Below are positions 51,246 through 63,022 of a stretch of DNA of 64,000 nucleotides, piece by piece. Each line of letters starts with the position of its first letter. Position 1 is the stretch's first letter. The position numbers and the translations under genes are program-made. The notes beneath the pieces were generated by a model that saw only the letters and a list, made by a program, of their open reading frames with translations, had not been told where the DNA came from and ran no database searches. This stretch comes from Eledone cirrhosa (lineage: Eukaryota), in assembly GCA_964016885.1 (NCBI GenBank), contig OZ024754.1, positions 38,130,001 through 38,194,000 of the forward strand, given 5' to 3'.

Positions 51246-51925
51246 ATGAAAATATTGTGTACAGTGCTCAGGTGCACTACAACTCATCAAAAGTGTATGT
51301 ATAGTACATAGGGTAATGTACAAACGTCAGGAAAATGAACAGAGCATGAGTCATGATATACACATGTGTGCACATGTATGGAAGGGGGACATCAGGTGTA
51401 GTTTTGGCGAATTTCGGGAAGCATGAGGGTTTTAAATGATGCAGTGTCTCGGCAGCTAACAACTGATGCAGGTAGTTTGTTCCATGCTTCAGCAACTCTG
51501 AGTGTGGAAAAATGTTTCCGAAAGTCATGGGAGCTGTGCTGTTTTCTGACTTTGTAGGCATGCCCACGTGTGTTAGACACATGGAATGCAAAAAGGTGCT
51601 CAGGGTTGTTGTTGGAAAGACGGTTAATAATTTTGTGGGTGTTTACCAAGTCAGTTGCCAGACGTTCCATGCTTCAGCTATATATATACATATACAAGTG
51701 TCTAACACACGTGGGCATGCCTACAAAGTCAGAAAACAGCACAGCTCCCATGACTTTCGGAAACATTTTTCCACACTCAGAGTTGCTGAAGCATGGAACA
51801 AACTACCTGCATCAGTTGTTAGCTGCCGAGACACTGCATCATTTAAAACCCTCATGCTTCCCGAAATTCGCCAAAACTACACCTGATGTCCCCCTTCCAT
51901 ACATGTGCACACATGTGTATATCAA
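51246..51925. mobile_element. CR1 3' end (minus, 51246-51670) plus an inverted partial copy (plus, 51697-51925)
   Basis: Identical TRGHAYKVRKQ...EIRQNYT peptide on both strands (ORFs 51392..51670 and 51512..51886). Confidence 0.9.
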
Positions 51926-54295
51926 GTGGCCAGGAGGGAAGCTAGGAGACAAGTGTACTTAGCAAGAAGGGAAGCTGAGGAAAGAAAGTTCAAGCATGTT
52001 CTACAACGCGATGACCAAAAACGTGAGGTGTTCAGGATTGCTAGGCAATGCGTCAAGGAAAACCGTGATATTGTCGGGGAGAAGTGTGTACTAAACGACG
52101 ATGGCACACTTGCCATCACCGACGCTGATAAGAAGGTAGCTTGGAAGTGTCACTATGAAAGGCTTCTAAATGAGGAGAATAATTGGGAGAAAGGCAGTCT
52201 CCCCCATATCGACCCAATAGAGGGACCAGCAGTGTTAGTCGAGGGGAGTATAATAAGTAAGGCAATCAAGGATATGAAGACTGGTAAGGCGGCTGGGCCT
52301 TCGGAAATAGTTGCTGAGATGCTGAAGGCATCTGGCACGGTGGGACACACCATGGTCACCCGCATAGTTAACCAAGTCGTACAGAATGGGGTTGTTCCGA
52401 AGGACTGGCATAGCAGCATCATCGTTAACTGTTATAAGGGTAAAGGAGACGCCCTAGATAGGAGTAACTATAGAGGCATTAAATTAATCGACCAGGTCAT
52501 GAAGGTCACGGAAAGAGTAATAGCGCAACTAATCAGAGAGAGAATTGACCTAGATGAAATGCAGTTCGGGTTTGTGTCAGGCAAAAGTACCACAGACGCT
52601 CTTTTCATAGTACGACAACTACAGGAGAAGTACCTAGCTAAAGGTAAACCCCTCTACTTAGCTTTTGTCGACTTGGAGAAAGCCTTCGACAGAGTCCCCC
52701 GCTCCATTATCTGGTGGGCTCTTAGAAAACTAGGCGTTGACGAATGGCTTGTGAGGGCTATACAAGCCATGTATAAAGAAACAGTCAGCAAGGTTAGAAT
52801 TAACAACGAATATAGTGAAGAGTTTAGCGTAAAAGTTGGCGTCCATCAGGGCTCTGTTCTCAGCCCACTACTATTTATTATTGCCCTTCAGGCTATAACA
52901 GAGGAGTTCAAGACAGGCTGCCCATGGGAACTCCTATACGCAGACGACCTGACACTCATAGCGGAATCAATGGCCGAGCTAGAGAAGAAATTCCAAACAT
53001 GGAAGCACGGCCTAGAGTCAAAAGGACTTAAAATTAACCTGGCTAAGACCAAAGTACTAGTTTGTAGGAAAGAAAACAAGGCGGCGGTCCCTTCTGGGAA
53101 ATGGTCGTGCTCGGTGTGTAGGAAAGGCGTAGGTAGAAACTCCATTTTATGTCCTAAATGCAAAGTATGGGTGCATAAAAGATGTAGTGGGATCACAGGT
53201 AAGCTAACTAAGAACATAGATTTTACATGTGGCCGGTGCTCTGGTGCAATAAGTAGCAGCAAGTGCCCACAAACTACTAGCTCTTTCAATTGCGCAGAGG
53301 GTTCTATAGAAATAGTGGACAGCTTCCGTTACCTGGGCGATAAAATCAGCAGTGGGGGAGGGTGCTCTGAAAGTACTGTAGCTAGAGTCAGAACTGGTTG
53401 GAAAAAGTTCAGAGAGCTTATACCACTATTAGCTGCTAAAGGGTTCTCACTAAAAATGAAAGGCAGGTTGTACGATGCCTGCATACGAACAGCAATGCTG
53501 CATGGCAGTGAGACCTGGGCATTGTGTGCAGAGGATATACGCAGACTAGAGAGGAACGAAGCTTGCATGCTCCGCTGGATGTGTAACAGTAATATACGTG
53601 AACGGCAAAGCATAAACGAACTAAGGAAAAAATTAGAGATAAGAGGGATCAGATGTTGTTTACTCGAGAGAAGGCTACGTTGGTATGGACACGTGATGCG
53701 CATGAAAGTCGATAGCTGTATAACAAAGTGCAGGGCAATAAAGATAGACGGTAGTCACGGAATAGGCAGACCTAGAAAAACCTGGGACGAGCTGATAAAC
53801 TCCGACATCACACACTTACACCTCTCCAAGACAATGTCACTGGACCGAGACCTTTGGCGGTACTCAGTAACAGAGAAGACCCGCCTTACCTAAATATATA
53901 GTAAAACCTACTCCAGCCAGTAGGCATCTCTAACAAAATACACCCCGTCCCACCCCCCCCACCCCCACCCGATCCACACCACCCCGTTCTATGTAAAGTT
54001 ATGTTGGTGCCGCGCCTTCGAGGCCGAAACAAATGAGATCGTGTAGGTGTCACGACAAAAAAACACACAGTCCACGCTGTAATGTGGCCGTGTAGGCAAC
54101 ACGGTAAAAACCTCCCAGACCCACACTGTAAATGTGGTTGGTGTTAGGAAGGGCATCCAACTGTAGAAAACCTGCCAGACAGTCCTATGCGAGCAAGACA
54201 ATCACTCTTGCCTCAAGTGGGACTACCCCCGTCCAAACCCATGCAAGCGTGGAACACGGACGTTAAACGTTGATGATGATGATGATGATGATGAT
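51925..54295 (+). mobile_element. 5'-truncated but uninterrupted RTE-clade LINE: about 655 open codons of RT with a PHD-like insert, 3' UTR and (TGA)n tail
   Basis: ORF 51905..53893 with NYRGI, QFGF, AFDRV, QGSVLSP, YADD, FRYLG and LRWYGHV; no AP endonuclease domain; the ATG lies in flanking CR1 sequence. Confidence 0.96.
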
Positions 54296-54434
54296 ACACA
54301 TACAGAAATAGCCGTCGAAACGGCTTGAGCTCTGCCGTTGGGGTCATACTTTTTCCTATATACACATACATATATATAAATGAAGTAATTCCGTCGGAAA
54401 GGTCCAGAAAAAAAGAGTGCTCTATGTAGGTTAC

Positions 54435-54468
<34 letters not shown>

Positions 54469-54706
54469 AAATATCACAATTTTTTCTCGCTCTCTCTTAT
54501 GTATATATATATATATATATCTTAGTTTTCTTTTTCTTATGACAGGCTGAATGAGTTGGGGTTCAGAACCCAACGAAAATTGAGTACCTGTTTATGTCGC
54601 TGTTGTAATTATACAAAAACACATACACATAGTAATAATAAGTGCGAAGGCTAAAATCCCGTTAAAGGTGAAAGCAGCAATTCTTTGCTTAAACTTTAAT
54701 CTGTTC

Positions 54707-54763
<57 letters not shown>

Positions 54764-54905
54764 AGAGAGTGTAAAGTTACTGTAGGTTCACCCGGGTAAG
54801 CTCTCGATGTTTAGGTTCACGTCAGTGGCGAGGTGTAGAGCTAAACAGAGTGTAAATATAATAATACAAGGACGATTTATTAAGGCTTCATTACGTTTAT
54901 TGATT

Positions 54906-54990
54906 GGTGACGCACGTTTCGCTATTGATCAGCTCAAGGTTCGATCTGCATCGATCTAGCCCGACTCTGTAATCAAAAGCTCATCGGACC
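54906..54990 (-). ncRNA. Type I hammerhead-like motif with long stem II and a U4C core variant
   Basis: GGT-CCGATGA-GCTTTTGAT..(about 40 nt)..ATCAATAGC-GAAAC-GTGC-GTC-ACC; GUC triplet. Confidence 0.6.
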
Positions 54991-55126
54991 TCTTATGTTG
55001 TAATGGTACATACATACATCGATCGTCTGCTGAGATAACACTGAATACAATCACAGCGTCTTGTAAATAAAATTAGGATGTATACGTTGTTGTTTCTTGG
55101 TCTGGTTTTATTCATTTAACTAGTGG

Positions 55127-55500
55127 CTATACCTGGAGCGACTCTCTGATCTCCAAGCTACGCACTCTATCAAGTAACATTACTTCAAAGACCCTTTGGA
55201 GGAACTCCATTTCAGCCGCTTGTATTCGCAATCGTATTCTTTCGGTCATTACCCTAGCTTCCTGACCATAGGGAAGGGTTGGCACTAATACCGAATTGAA
55301 GATAGCAAGTTTGGATTTTAGACCTACCTCCCTTCTTTTGATTACCGAATACTGAAGCTGGTGCATTATTGCACCACCTTCTGCAATTCTTGCACTTAAT
55401 TCTTCCCCTTGCCTTCCACCACTAGTGAACACAGCTTGGGATACTTGAACTTCTCCCCTGCTTCAGTGGAACTCCATTCATATGTAGTGCACTGAGCAGG
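55127..55500 (-). mobile_element. RTE LINE RT C-terminal fragment
   Basis: KLAIFNSVLVPTL.YG.E...RIQAAEMEFL motif, with FKYP/LG remnant upstream. Confidence 0.8.
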
Positions 55501-57721
55501 CGTCTTAGAGATAATATATGTTTATAGATAAACACTCATGCATTCACTGCACTATAATGTATATACATATAAATACTTATGTATTACCCTCCAATTAGAA
55601 GGTTCTAATCCTACATTTGTCCTTGTAAAAAGTTATTTCTCCTAAGTTGCTCATAAATTTATCCATGTATGTCATCTGTCCATATATGCTAAACATTTAT
55701 AACATATTCTAGAATATATTAAAATAGCATTTTCACCTTTAATCATTTCTATGTGTCTGTAATCAACATAAACTATAGGGTTTCTTTTATGTAAATAACT
55801 AATTCATGAAAATATATTTCTAAATTTGGAGTTGATTCTTCCTGTGTCCAGTAATCCTGCTAAATCCTACATATCAAACCTAGTCTTCTAAAAATTAAAT
55901 ACATTCAAAACTATTGCTGTTATTATTGGTGGCACAGTTGCTCTGGTCACTGGAATAAAATTGCGGGTGCGCAAAACCAGATCAATTTTAGAGTCAAGTG
56001 GGGAGTAAATCTGTAAACATACAGAATGACACCAAGTCTCCTACTTGGGCGCTCTACCAGGAAAAAATATCTCGAACAAAATAAATAAATTAATAAAACC
56101 TGACAATGAAACATCAAAGTATCCGCCATAATTATATTCACAACTTTATAATAAAACATTGATAATGTAAAATAACAAAGTAAAAGTAAGATTAAAACCT
56201 AAACTTCGTGAAATTCCGTTAACATATTCGTGTTGTTTTTGGCAGACGACAGTTATATGTGTGTATGTATATATAAATATTCCTGTAAACATTGTTGTAA
56301 GGTTTTATCTTATTGATGATTAACAGGTAAGAAAAAGAAGAGGGACACCAGGTGAAAAGAAAGAAAAAAAAGGAAGTACCTTTTCTAAAGAGAACAAAAA
56401 GATAGAGTTCAGTATTTGAACATTTTTATTACATCTTACACTCAAGTATCAATTCATACAATATAGCTGCTTGTAATAATTTTCACAACTGTGGTAGTTG
56501 AGGAAAGCTCAGGCTTTGTAGGCCCAATGCTAGCTACTTGAGTCAGTCACAATATTTATACAATCAAGGCAAAAGAGTTGGTCACTGAGCATGAAAAAAC
56601 TTTCATTTTAATACAATAAATGAGCTTGTAAATCTCAGCCATAAATTATTTCAAGGAAGCTGACTTTGATTAATATAACGATAGGAGTTTCATTTAAACT
56701 GTAGATGTGATGGGACATTACCTTGAAAGCTAAAGACAATGGGTGATAGTAACTCCAATACTTGTAAACTACTTCTTAATTTACTGGCCTCAGATGGACG
56801 AAAAGCAATTTTTGAGCTGTGAACTTAATAGAACATGAGCAAATATCAAATATTTTGTTGGAAACTCAACTGATTCTGAAGAGCAATATGAAGAAATTGG
56901 CTGTCTTTAGACCTGAAAAGGAGATGGACTCCACTATTTTAAAAATAGCAAAGTCATTACAGACCATATGTCACTGGGGTCAATTCAAATGACCTCCTTT
57001 TAAATAATTCAACACTAAGAATTACAAATGGTTAATGGCCAATAGCATCTATGGAATTTGTCTAATTTTTAGAAGACCTCCCCCCCAGTCCCTGCCACCC
57101 CAATCATAAAAAAAAAAAAGACAAAGCAAAAACCACTAAAAATTTAAAATTTATTTTCATTCAGTCAAACAACAGCATTGAATGCTTTTTTTCCTCCTTT
57201 ATTGAATACCACACAAAACACACACATACAGACAGACACAGACACACACATATACAGACATATACAGACAGACAGACACACGTATGCAGTTACACACACA
57301 GACAGAGATAGATAGATACAACAGTTGTACTAACACTAAAATTTGAATAAATCAGGCAAAGTGCTTCTGGAAACAGAAAAAAGTGTGGACAAAGATGCCT
57401 GCAAGAAAATCAAACCACACACACACACACACATATGCATACAGATATACACACACATATGCATACAGATACACCCACAGCGATATCACACAAGTACAAA
57501 TAGTAAAATAAAATAACAACAAAAAAACTAATATTAACACACCTGCCAGCTTCTAAAAACACAAACAGGGAATACCATGAAAAAAAGGGCCCCAAAACGG
57601 AAAGAAATGAGGCAAAATGGTGAGATTTTACATAAATGAAAGCTATACCCATTTTCTAAAGAGAGGACATCTCTCACCCACCCCAAAGTGATTGGAAGAT
57701 CTCCCTGTTGACAGGCCTGTA

Positions 57722-57880
57722 TTAAACATCACTGCCGGATTTGATAGGGCTGCCAAATGGAAGGTACCAAATGTTTTTGTTGCGTGGACACAGCTCACAA
57801 AATTGTTCAGCTTTACAGTCGATGAGTTTGAAATTCTTATCAATACAAAGTTCCGACTGCATAACGTAGTGCTTTTGGTC
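57722..57880 (-). CDS. RNASET2: RNase T2 paralog B, last exon DQKHYVMQSELCIDKNFKLIDCKAEQFCELCPRNKNIWYLPFGSPIKSGSDV*
   Basis: ctttctttccag acceptor; ELC.DK..KLIDC and terminal C....I.Y.P motifs of T2 RNases; TAA stop. Confidence 0.92.
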   Translation of the reverse strand, partial: DQKHYVMQSELCIDKNFKLIDCKAEQFCELCPRNKNIWYLPFGSPIKSGSDV

Positions 57881-57984
57881 CTGGAAAGAAAGAGAATCAA
57901 CAGATAAAGATTATTATTAAGAAACCACAGTCAACATAAGAACTAACCCATTATTAACATAAGATTTAACCCATCCCGTTCTGT

Positions 57985-58872
57985 CTCTGGCTACTGTACT
58001 TTCAGAACACCCTCCACCACTGCTGATTTCGTCACCCAGGTAACGGAAAGTGTCCACTATTTCTATAGAACCATCTGGGCAATAGAAGGAGCTAGTATCC
58101 TGTGGACACTTGCTACTTATTGCACCTGAGCATCGGCCACATATAAAGTCTACGTTCTTAGATAGTTTGCCTGTGATCCCACTACATCTTTTATGTACGC
58201 ATACTTTGCATTTGGGACATTAAATGGAATTTCTGCCTACTCCTTTCCTACACACTGAGCATGGCCATTTCCCTGAGGGCACCTGTGCCCTATTTTCCTT
58301 TCTACAAACTAGAACTTTAGTCTTAGATCTTAGACAAGTTAACTTTAAGGCCTTTTGATTCTAGGCTATGCTTCCATGTTTGGAATTTCTTCTCTAGTTC
58401 AGCCATTGATTCAGCTATGAGCGTTAGATCATCTGCGTATAGGAGTTCCCATGGGCAGCCGGTCTTGAACTCCTCTGTTATAACCTGAAGGGCAATAATA
58501 AATAGGAAGGGGCTAAGGACAGAGCCTTGATGAACACCAACTTTTACACTAAATTCTTCACAATATTCATTGTTAATTCTAACCTTACTGACTGTTTCTT
58601 TATACATAGCTTGTATAGCTCTCACAAGCCATTCATCTACACCTAGTTTTCTAAGAGCCCACCAGATAATGGAGCGGGGGACTCTGTCAAAGGCTTTCTC
58701 CAGGTCTACAAAAGCTAAGTAGAGGGGTTTACTTTTAGCAAGGTACATCTCCTGTAGTTGTCGTACAAGGAAAAGAGCGTCTGTGGTACTTTTACCTGAC
58801 ACAAACCCAAACTGCATTTCATCTAGATCAATTCTCTCTCTGATTAGTTGCGTTATAACTCTTTCTGTGACA
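57985..58872 (-). mobile_element. RTE LINE RT fragment in the last intron of RNase T2 B
   Basis: ORF 58323..58817 is nearly identical in protein to the 51925-54295 copy. Confidence 0.93.
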
Positions 58873-59148
58873 GGTTATATACAATATATATACAAGATGT
58901 ATACACATTATATATACTTACATCAATGTGAACACAGGTTATATATAATATATACACATTATATATTCTTACATCATAGTGAATACAGGTTATATACAAT
59001 CTATATACAATACATACACAATATATATATATACAAGATATATACACATTATATATACTTACATCAGTGTGAACACAGGTTATATACAACATATATACAA
59101 TACATACACAATATATACACAATATATATACACATTATATATACTTAC
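58870..59148. repeat. Imperfect tandem repeat derived from the adjacent exon/donor junction
   Basis: Repeated CACATTATATATACTTACATC..GAACACAGGTTATATA resembling CACATTATATATACTTACAGAGTAAATACAAGTTATG. Confidence 0.6.
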
Positions 59149-59217
59149 AGAGTAAATACAAGTTATGATAGACTCAACTCCCCAATTTTTCCGGATTACA
59201 TTTCTGAAGTCTTCACA
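59149..59217 (-). CDS. RNASET2: RNase T2 paralog B exon CEDFRNVIRKNWGVESIITCIYS
   Basis: aacag acceptor, gtaagt donor; 69 nt, phase 0/0; aligns to the 'DF..A...YGV.P.I.C' segment of RNASET2. Confidence 0.88.
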
Positions 59218-59222
59218 CTGTT

Positions 59223-60300
59223 ATAATAATAATAATAATAATGAAATTATTGTGTAAAGTGCTCAGGTGCACTACAACTCGTCAAAGGTGCATGTATAGT
59301 ACATAGAATAATACACAAATGTCAGGGAAGTGAATAGTGTATGAGTCATGGTATACATGTGTGTATGTGTATGGAGGGGGAACATCAGGTATAGTGTTGG
59401 CGAATCTCGGGAAGGATGGAGGCTTTAAAGGATGCAGTGTCTCGGCAGCTAACAACCGATGCAGGTAGTTTGTACCATGCTTCAGCAACTCTGAGCGTAA
59501 AAAAATGTTTTTGAAAGTCATGGGAACTGTACTGTTTTCTGACTTTGTGGGCATGCCCACGTGTGTTAGACACATGGAAATCAAAAAGGTACTCAGGGTT
59601 GTTGTTGGCAAGATGGTTAACAATTTTGTGGGTGTTTACAAAGTCAGTTGCCAGGCATCGGAGCTTCAATGTATCCATGCCCAGGGAAGCAAGGCGCTCA
59701 GAGTATGGTAGATGCCTGATGGATGGTATTCACTTAGTTGCACGTCTCTGAACAGTTTCCAGGCGGTCAATGTTCTGAGCAAGATAGGGGTTCCAGACTG
59801 GTAATGCAAATTCTAAGTGTGGCCGCACCATAGCCATGTACAGCCTTAAATAGATAGCTGGAGAGCGGCTGACAAAGGTTTTGCTGAGTGATGCTAAGAC
59901 ACCCTCGGCCCTCTTGACAATTTTAGAGACGTGCTTCGTCCAACACAAATCGCTGCTGACCGTAATGCCCAGGTCACGTTCACAAGAAGACTTCTTGATA
60001 TTAGTGCTGTGGAGGGAGTATGTGGACGCTGGGTTTTTACTCCCAAAATGCATGGTGGTGCACTTGTCCACAGTTAACTTGAGTTGCCAGTCTGAGATCC
60101 ATTGTTGCATTGTGTCCAGGTCAGACTGCAAGCAAGATCTATAGTGTTCAGGATCTGTCCTTTTTATCTCAAGGTATAGCTTGATGCCGTCTGCGTAGTT
60201 TAGTACCGTGGCATTCTTTAAATTGGCATCTATGTCATTAATATATGCCACAAACAAAAGGGGGCCAAGAACAGATCCCTGTGGTACACCAGATGACATC
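59223..60300 (-). mobile_element. 5'-truncated CR1-type LINE with (ATT)n tail
   Basis: SGVPQGSVLGPLLF, YADG (degenerate YADD), RDLG, VRPHLE, QRRATK and TRGH motifs. Confidence 0.93.
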
Positions 60301-60483
60301 TCATATGGTGAGGAATGCTATCCCAGAACAGGAATGCTGTCCCAGAACTAAGGAATGCTGTCCCAGAACGTTATGTAGAAAGGAAAAAGAATAAATGAGG
60401 AGACACAAAAGAAATAGACAGAAGAGTAGATTAAGATATTGGTGGTTTGGTAAGTTTAAGGTGGTATGAGTGTCTGAGTGTGT

Positions 60484-60960
60484 CATCATCATCATTTTAC
60501 GTCCACTTTTCCCTGCTTGCAAGGGTGGGATGGGTCCTATTAGTGGCAAGTTGGGTCAGTCCATGTTTCACTACCATGCAGCATCGCACTTCACACACAA
60601 GGCATCATACATTCGTCCTTTCGTACGTAGAGAGAAACCTTTTGCTGTCAACCTCTATTACCTTATCTATCCATATGTCTTCACGTCCTACATCATTTTC
60701 TACCTAGTAGAGTTTATATTTCTGTTGTTTGCCTGTGATTTGTCTCGCTGAGGCACCCCTCCTTCTACTGCTCTTCTTTCTAACAGTTCTACAATTTCAC
60801 CTGATTTACTTTTCAAGGTGCCAATACTGATGGTGGCAGTCCTGAGATTTGTACCTTGACAGTTGCTGTTATTTCCTTAGGTAGAGGTTCTATGTACCTG
60901 AAAGGGAAAAAGGCTGTGCGATTGCTTGTTGACGGTTGAGGGGTTCTTGCACATGGCTAC
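60484..60960 (-). mobile_element. Internally deleted RTE derivative (AP-endonuclease N-terminus joined to tail type B)
   Basis: SIGTLKSKSGEIVELLERRAV resembles the APE start; LHGSET remnant; CCCTTGCAAGCAGGGAAAAGTGGACG tail. Confidence 0.55.
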
Positions 60961-61002
60961 TGAAGCCAACCTACTACCGTGCAAGCACTAAAATGACTAG
61001 TG

Positions 61003-61110
61003 TTACACATCTCTACACTTACACATCTCTACACTTACACACCCCTACACTTATACATCTCTACACTTACACACCTCTACACTTACACATATCTACACTT
61101 ACACATCTAT
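61003..61110. repeat. 16-bp tandem repeat (ACACATCTCTACACTT)n
   Basis: About 6-7 copies, 35 nt into the intron after the 61146 donor. Confidence 0.85.
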
Positions 61111-61145
61111 GTAATCAGTCCAGAGTAGTAGAAGCAACCACTTAC

Positions 61146-61194
61146 CTTGTAAGATGTGTAGTTCACTGCAATAAGGCCACTCTCTTCATAAATT
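61146..61194 (-). CDS. RNASET2: RNase T2 paralog B exon (K)IYEESGLIAVNYTSYK
   Basis: ttttctgcag acceptor, gtaagt donor; 49 nt, phase 2/0; phases fit both neighbours. Confidence 0.88.
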
Positions 61195-62050
61195 CTGCAG
61201 AAAACAAGGAACAACATTTAATATGCTTCTAATCAAAGATTAGATTTTATCTACCAGGTATCAATATTTTGCAATCACTATGTCAAAATGGTTGATTAAA
61301 TATGATATTGAACTATCAGTTTATATTTTATCTATCAGATATCCTTTTGAAAAATGGCAGGAACTTTCTGTCCAATGCAATACTTTTAACTTATCTGCAT
61401 CTTGTGTTTAGGTCATATATTCTAAATGGTATTGTTAGTAGTTTTGTGTTTAGGAGATACATTTTATGTTGGTATCACAAAAAGCTTCCAGCCCACACTG
61501 TAAAGTAGTCGTGTAGGTGCCACAACAAAAAGCACCCAGCCCACACTGTAAAGTGGTTGGCATTAGAAAGGGCATCCAACCATAGAAACCTAGCCAGAAA
61601 CAGTTCTATATGAGCAAGATACGGTCACTTGACCCAACTTGCCTCTAATGGGACAAACCTGTATAACCCATGCTAGCGTGGAAAATGGACGTTAAACGAT
61701 GATGATCATCATCATACAGACTACTGCCATCACTACCTCAATGATATATACCTGGACATTGTGTGAGAACGCTCTCCAATAATACATAGATCATTACCAT
61801 CACTACTACAGTGATAAATGACTGAACAATGTTGGAGATCACCCTCTGGTATGCAGAATCTCAGGCCTATGCTGCTTCATGGTCCCAGAGGACAGGATAG
61901 AGAAAGCATTACACCAGAAGGTAGCACAGGAGGTGTATTGAAATAACCATCTATGTGTGGGTGGATGTGATTGTGTGTGTACATATGTGATAGTAAGTAT
62001 GTGTGTAAGGGCGAATGGAAGAGATCAGTTTTCAGTTTGTAAATACTTAC

Positions 62051-62164
62051 TTTTTAAGGTTATACTTTTTGTTAAGCTTAATTCCCATCTCAAAGTAAGA
62101 TTTCTCATTAAGGATATAAGGGTTGTCTTCAGAACATGTTCCATGTTTCTCCCATTCATGTTTC
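62051..62164 (-). CDS. RNASET2: RNase T2 paralog B exon (W)KHEWEKHGTCSEDNPYILNEKSYFEMGIKLNKKYNLK(K), conserved active site II
   Basis: tttgttttag acceptor, gtaagt donor; 114 nt, phase 2/2; FWKHEWEKHGTC is CAS II. Confidence 0.97.
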
Positions 62165-62237
62165 CTAAAACAAAAATGATATTTTAAACAATCATTGGAC
62201 GAAGAATTCAGGGCTTGTATAGACAATAGATACTCTT

Positions 62238-62575
62238 TGCTATTTTAATGATAATAACCTAATAGATATCAGATACTATTATAGATCAGTCAATATATCA
62301 ATATGATCAACCCTCTGAAACGATCGCAAAACAATGAAATGAATATTTGCTATTTTAATGATAATAGGCTAATAGATACCAGATACTATTTGCTATTTTA
62401 AAGTTAAAAACCTAATAGATATTATTTGCTATTTGAATGATAATAGGCTAATAGATACCAGATACTATTTGTTAATTAAAGTTAAAAACCTAATAGATAT
62501 TATTTGCTATTTGAATGATAATAGGCTAATAGATACCAGATACTATTTGCTAATTTGAAGTTAAAAACCTAATCA
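62238..62575. repeat. 35-42 bp imperfect tandem repeat (TTGCTATTTTAATGATAATAGGCTAATAGATACCAGATACTA)
   Basis: Alternating long and short units. Confidence 0.8.
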
Positions 62576-62876
62576 TGAGGTTGAGTTTGATTCTCGGACC
62601 GGGCTTTGCGTTGTGTCCTTGAGCAAGACACTTTATTTTACGTTGCTCCAGTTCATTCAGCTGTAGTAATCAGTTGCAACGTCACTGGTGCCAAGCTGTG
62701 TCTGCCAAGCCTTTCCCTTAGACAACATCAGTGGCATGGAGAGGAGAGACTGGTATGCATGGGTGACGGCTGGTCTTCTACAAACAACCTTGCCGGGACT
62801 TGTGCCTTGGAGGGGAACTCTCTAGGTGCAAATCCTATGGTCATTCGTGACCGAAGGGGGTCTTTACTCTTACCCT
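62576..62876 (+). mobile_element. tRNA-derived SINE (CCTTGAGCAAG core) with a third type of tail
   Basis: GTGTCCTTGAGCAAGACACTTTATTTTACGTTGCTCCAGTTCATTCAGCTG core; ends GGTCTTTACTCTTACCC. Confidence 0.7.
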
Positions 62877-62954
62877 ATACTAATAGAAAATATATAGTGT
62901 TTGCTATAGAATAGAGCAATAGATCACATTATGTAAAATTCTATGAAACCTTAC

Positions 62955-63022
62955 CAAAATGATGTTTCCTTTGTTTTAGTGTATAAGTTTGGCCAATGAA
63001 TTTCCAGTTCGTCTTCAAGAGA
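62955..63022 (-). CDS. RNASET2: RNase T2 paralog B exon SLEDELEIHWPNLYTKTKETSF(W)
   Basis: cctctag acceptor, gtaagg donor; 68 nt, phase 0/2; L...WPNL motif. Confidence 0.94.

Noticed and set aside
51905-53893. Host gene or domesticated reverse transcriptase of 662 aa
   Set aside because: 5'-truncated RTE LINE with 3' UTR, (TGA)n tail and closely related decayed copies nearby; the ATG comes from adjacent CR1 sequence.
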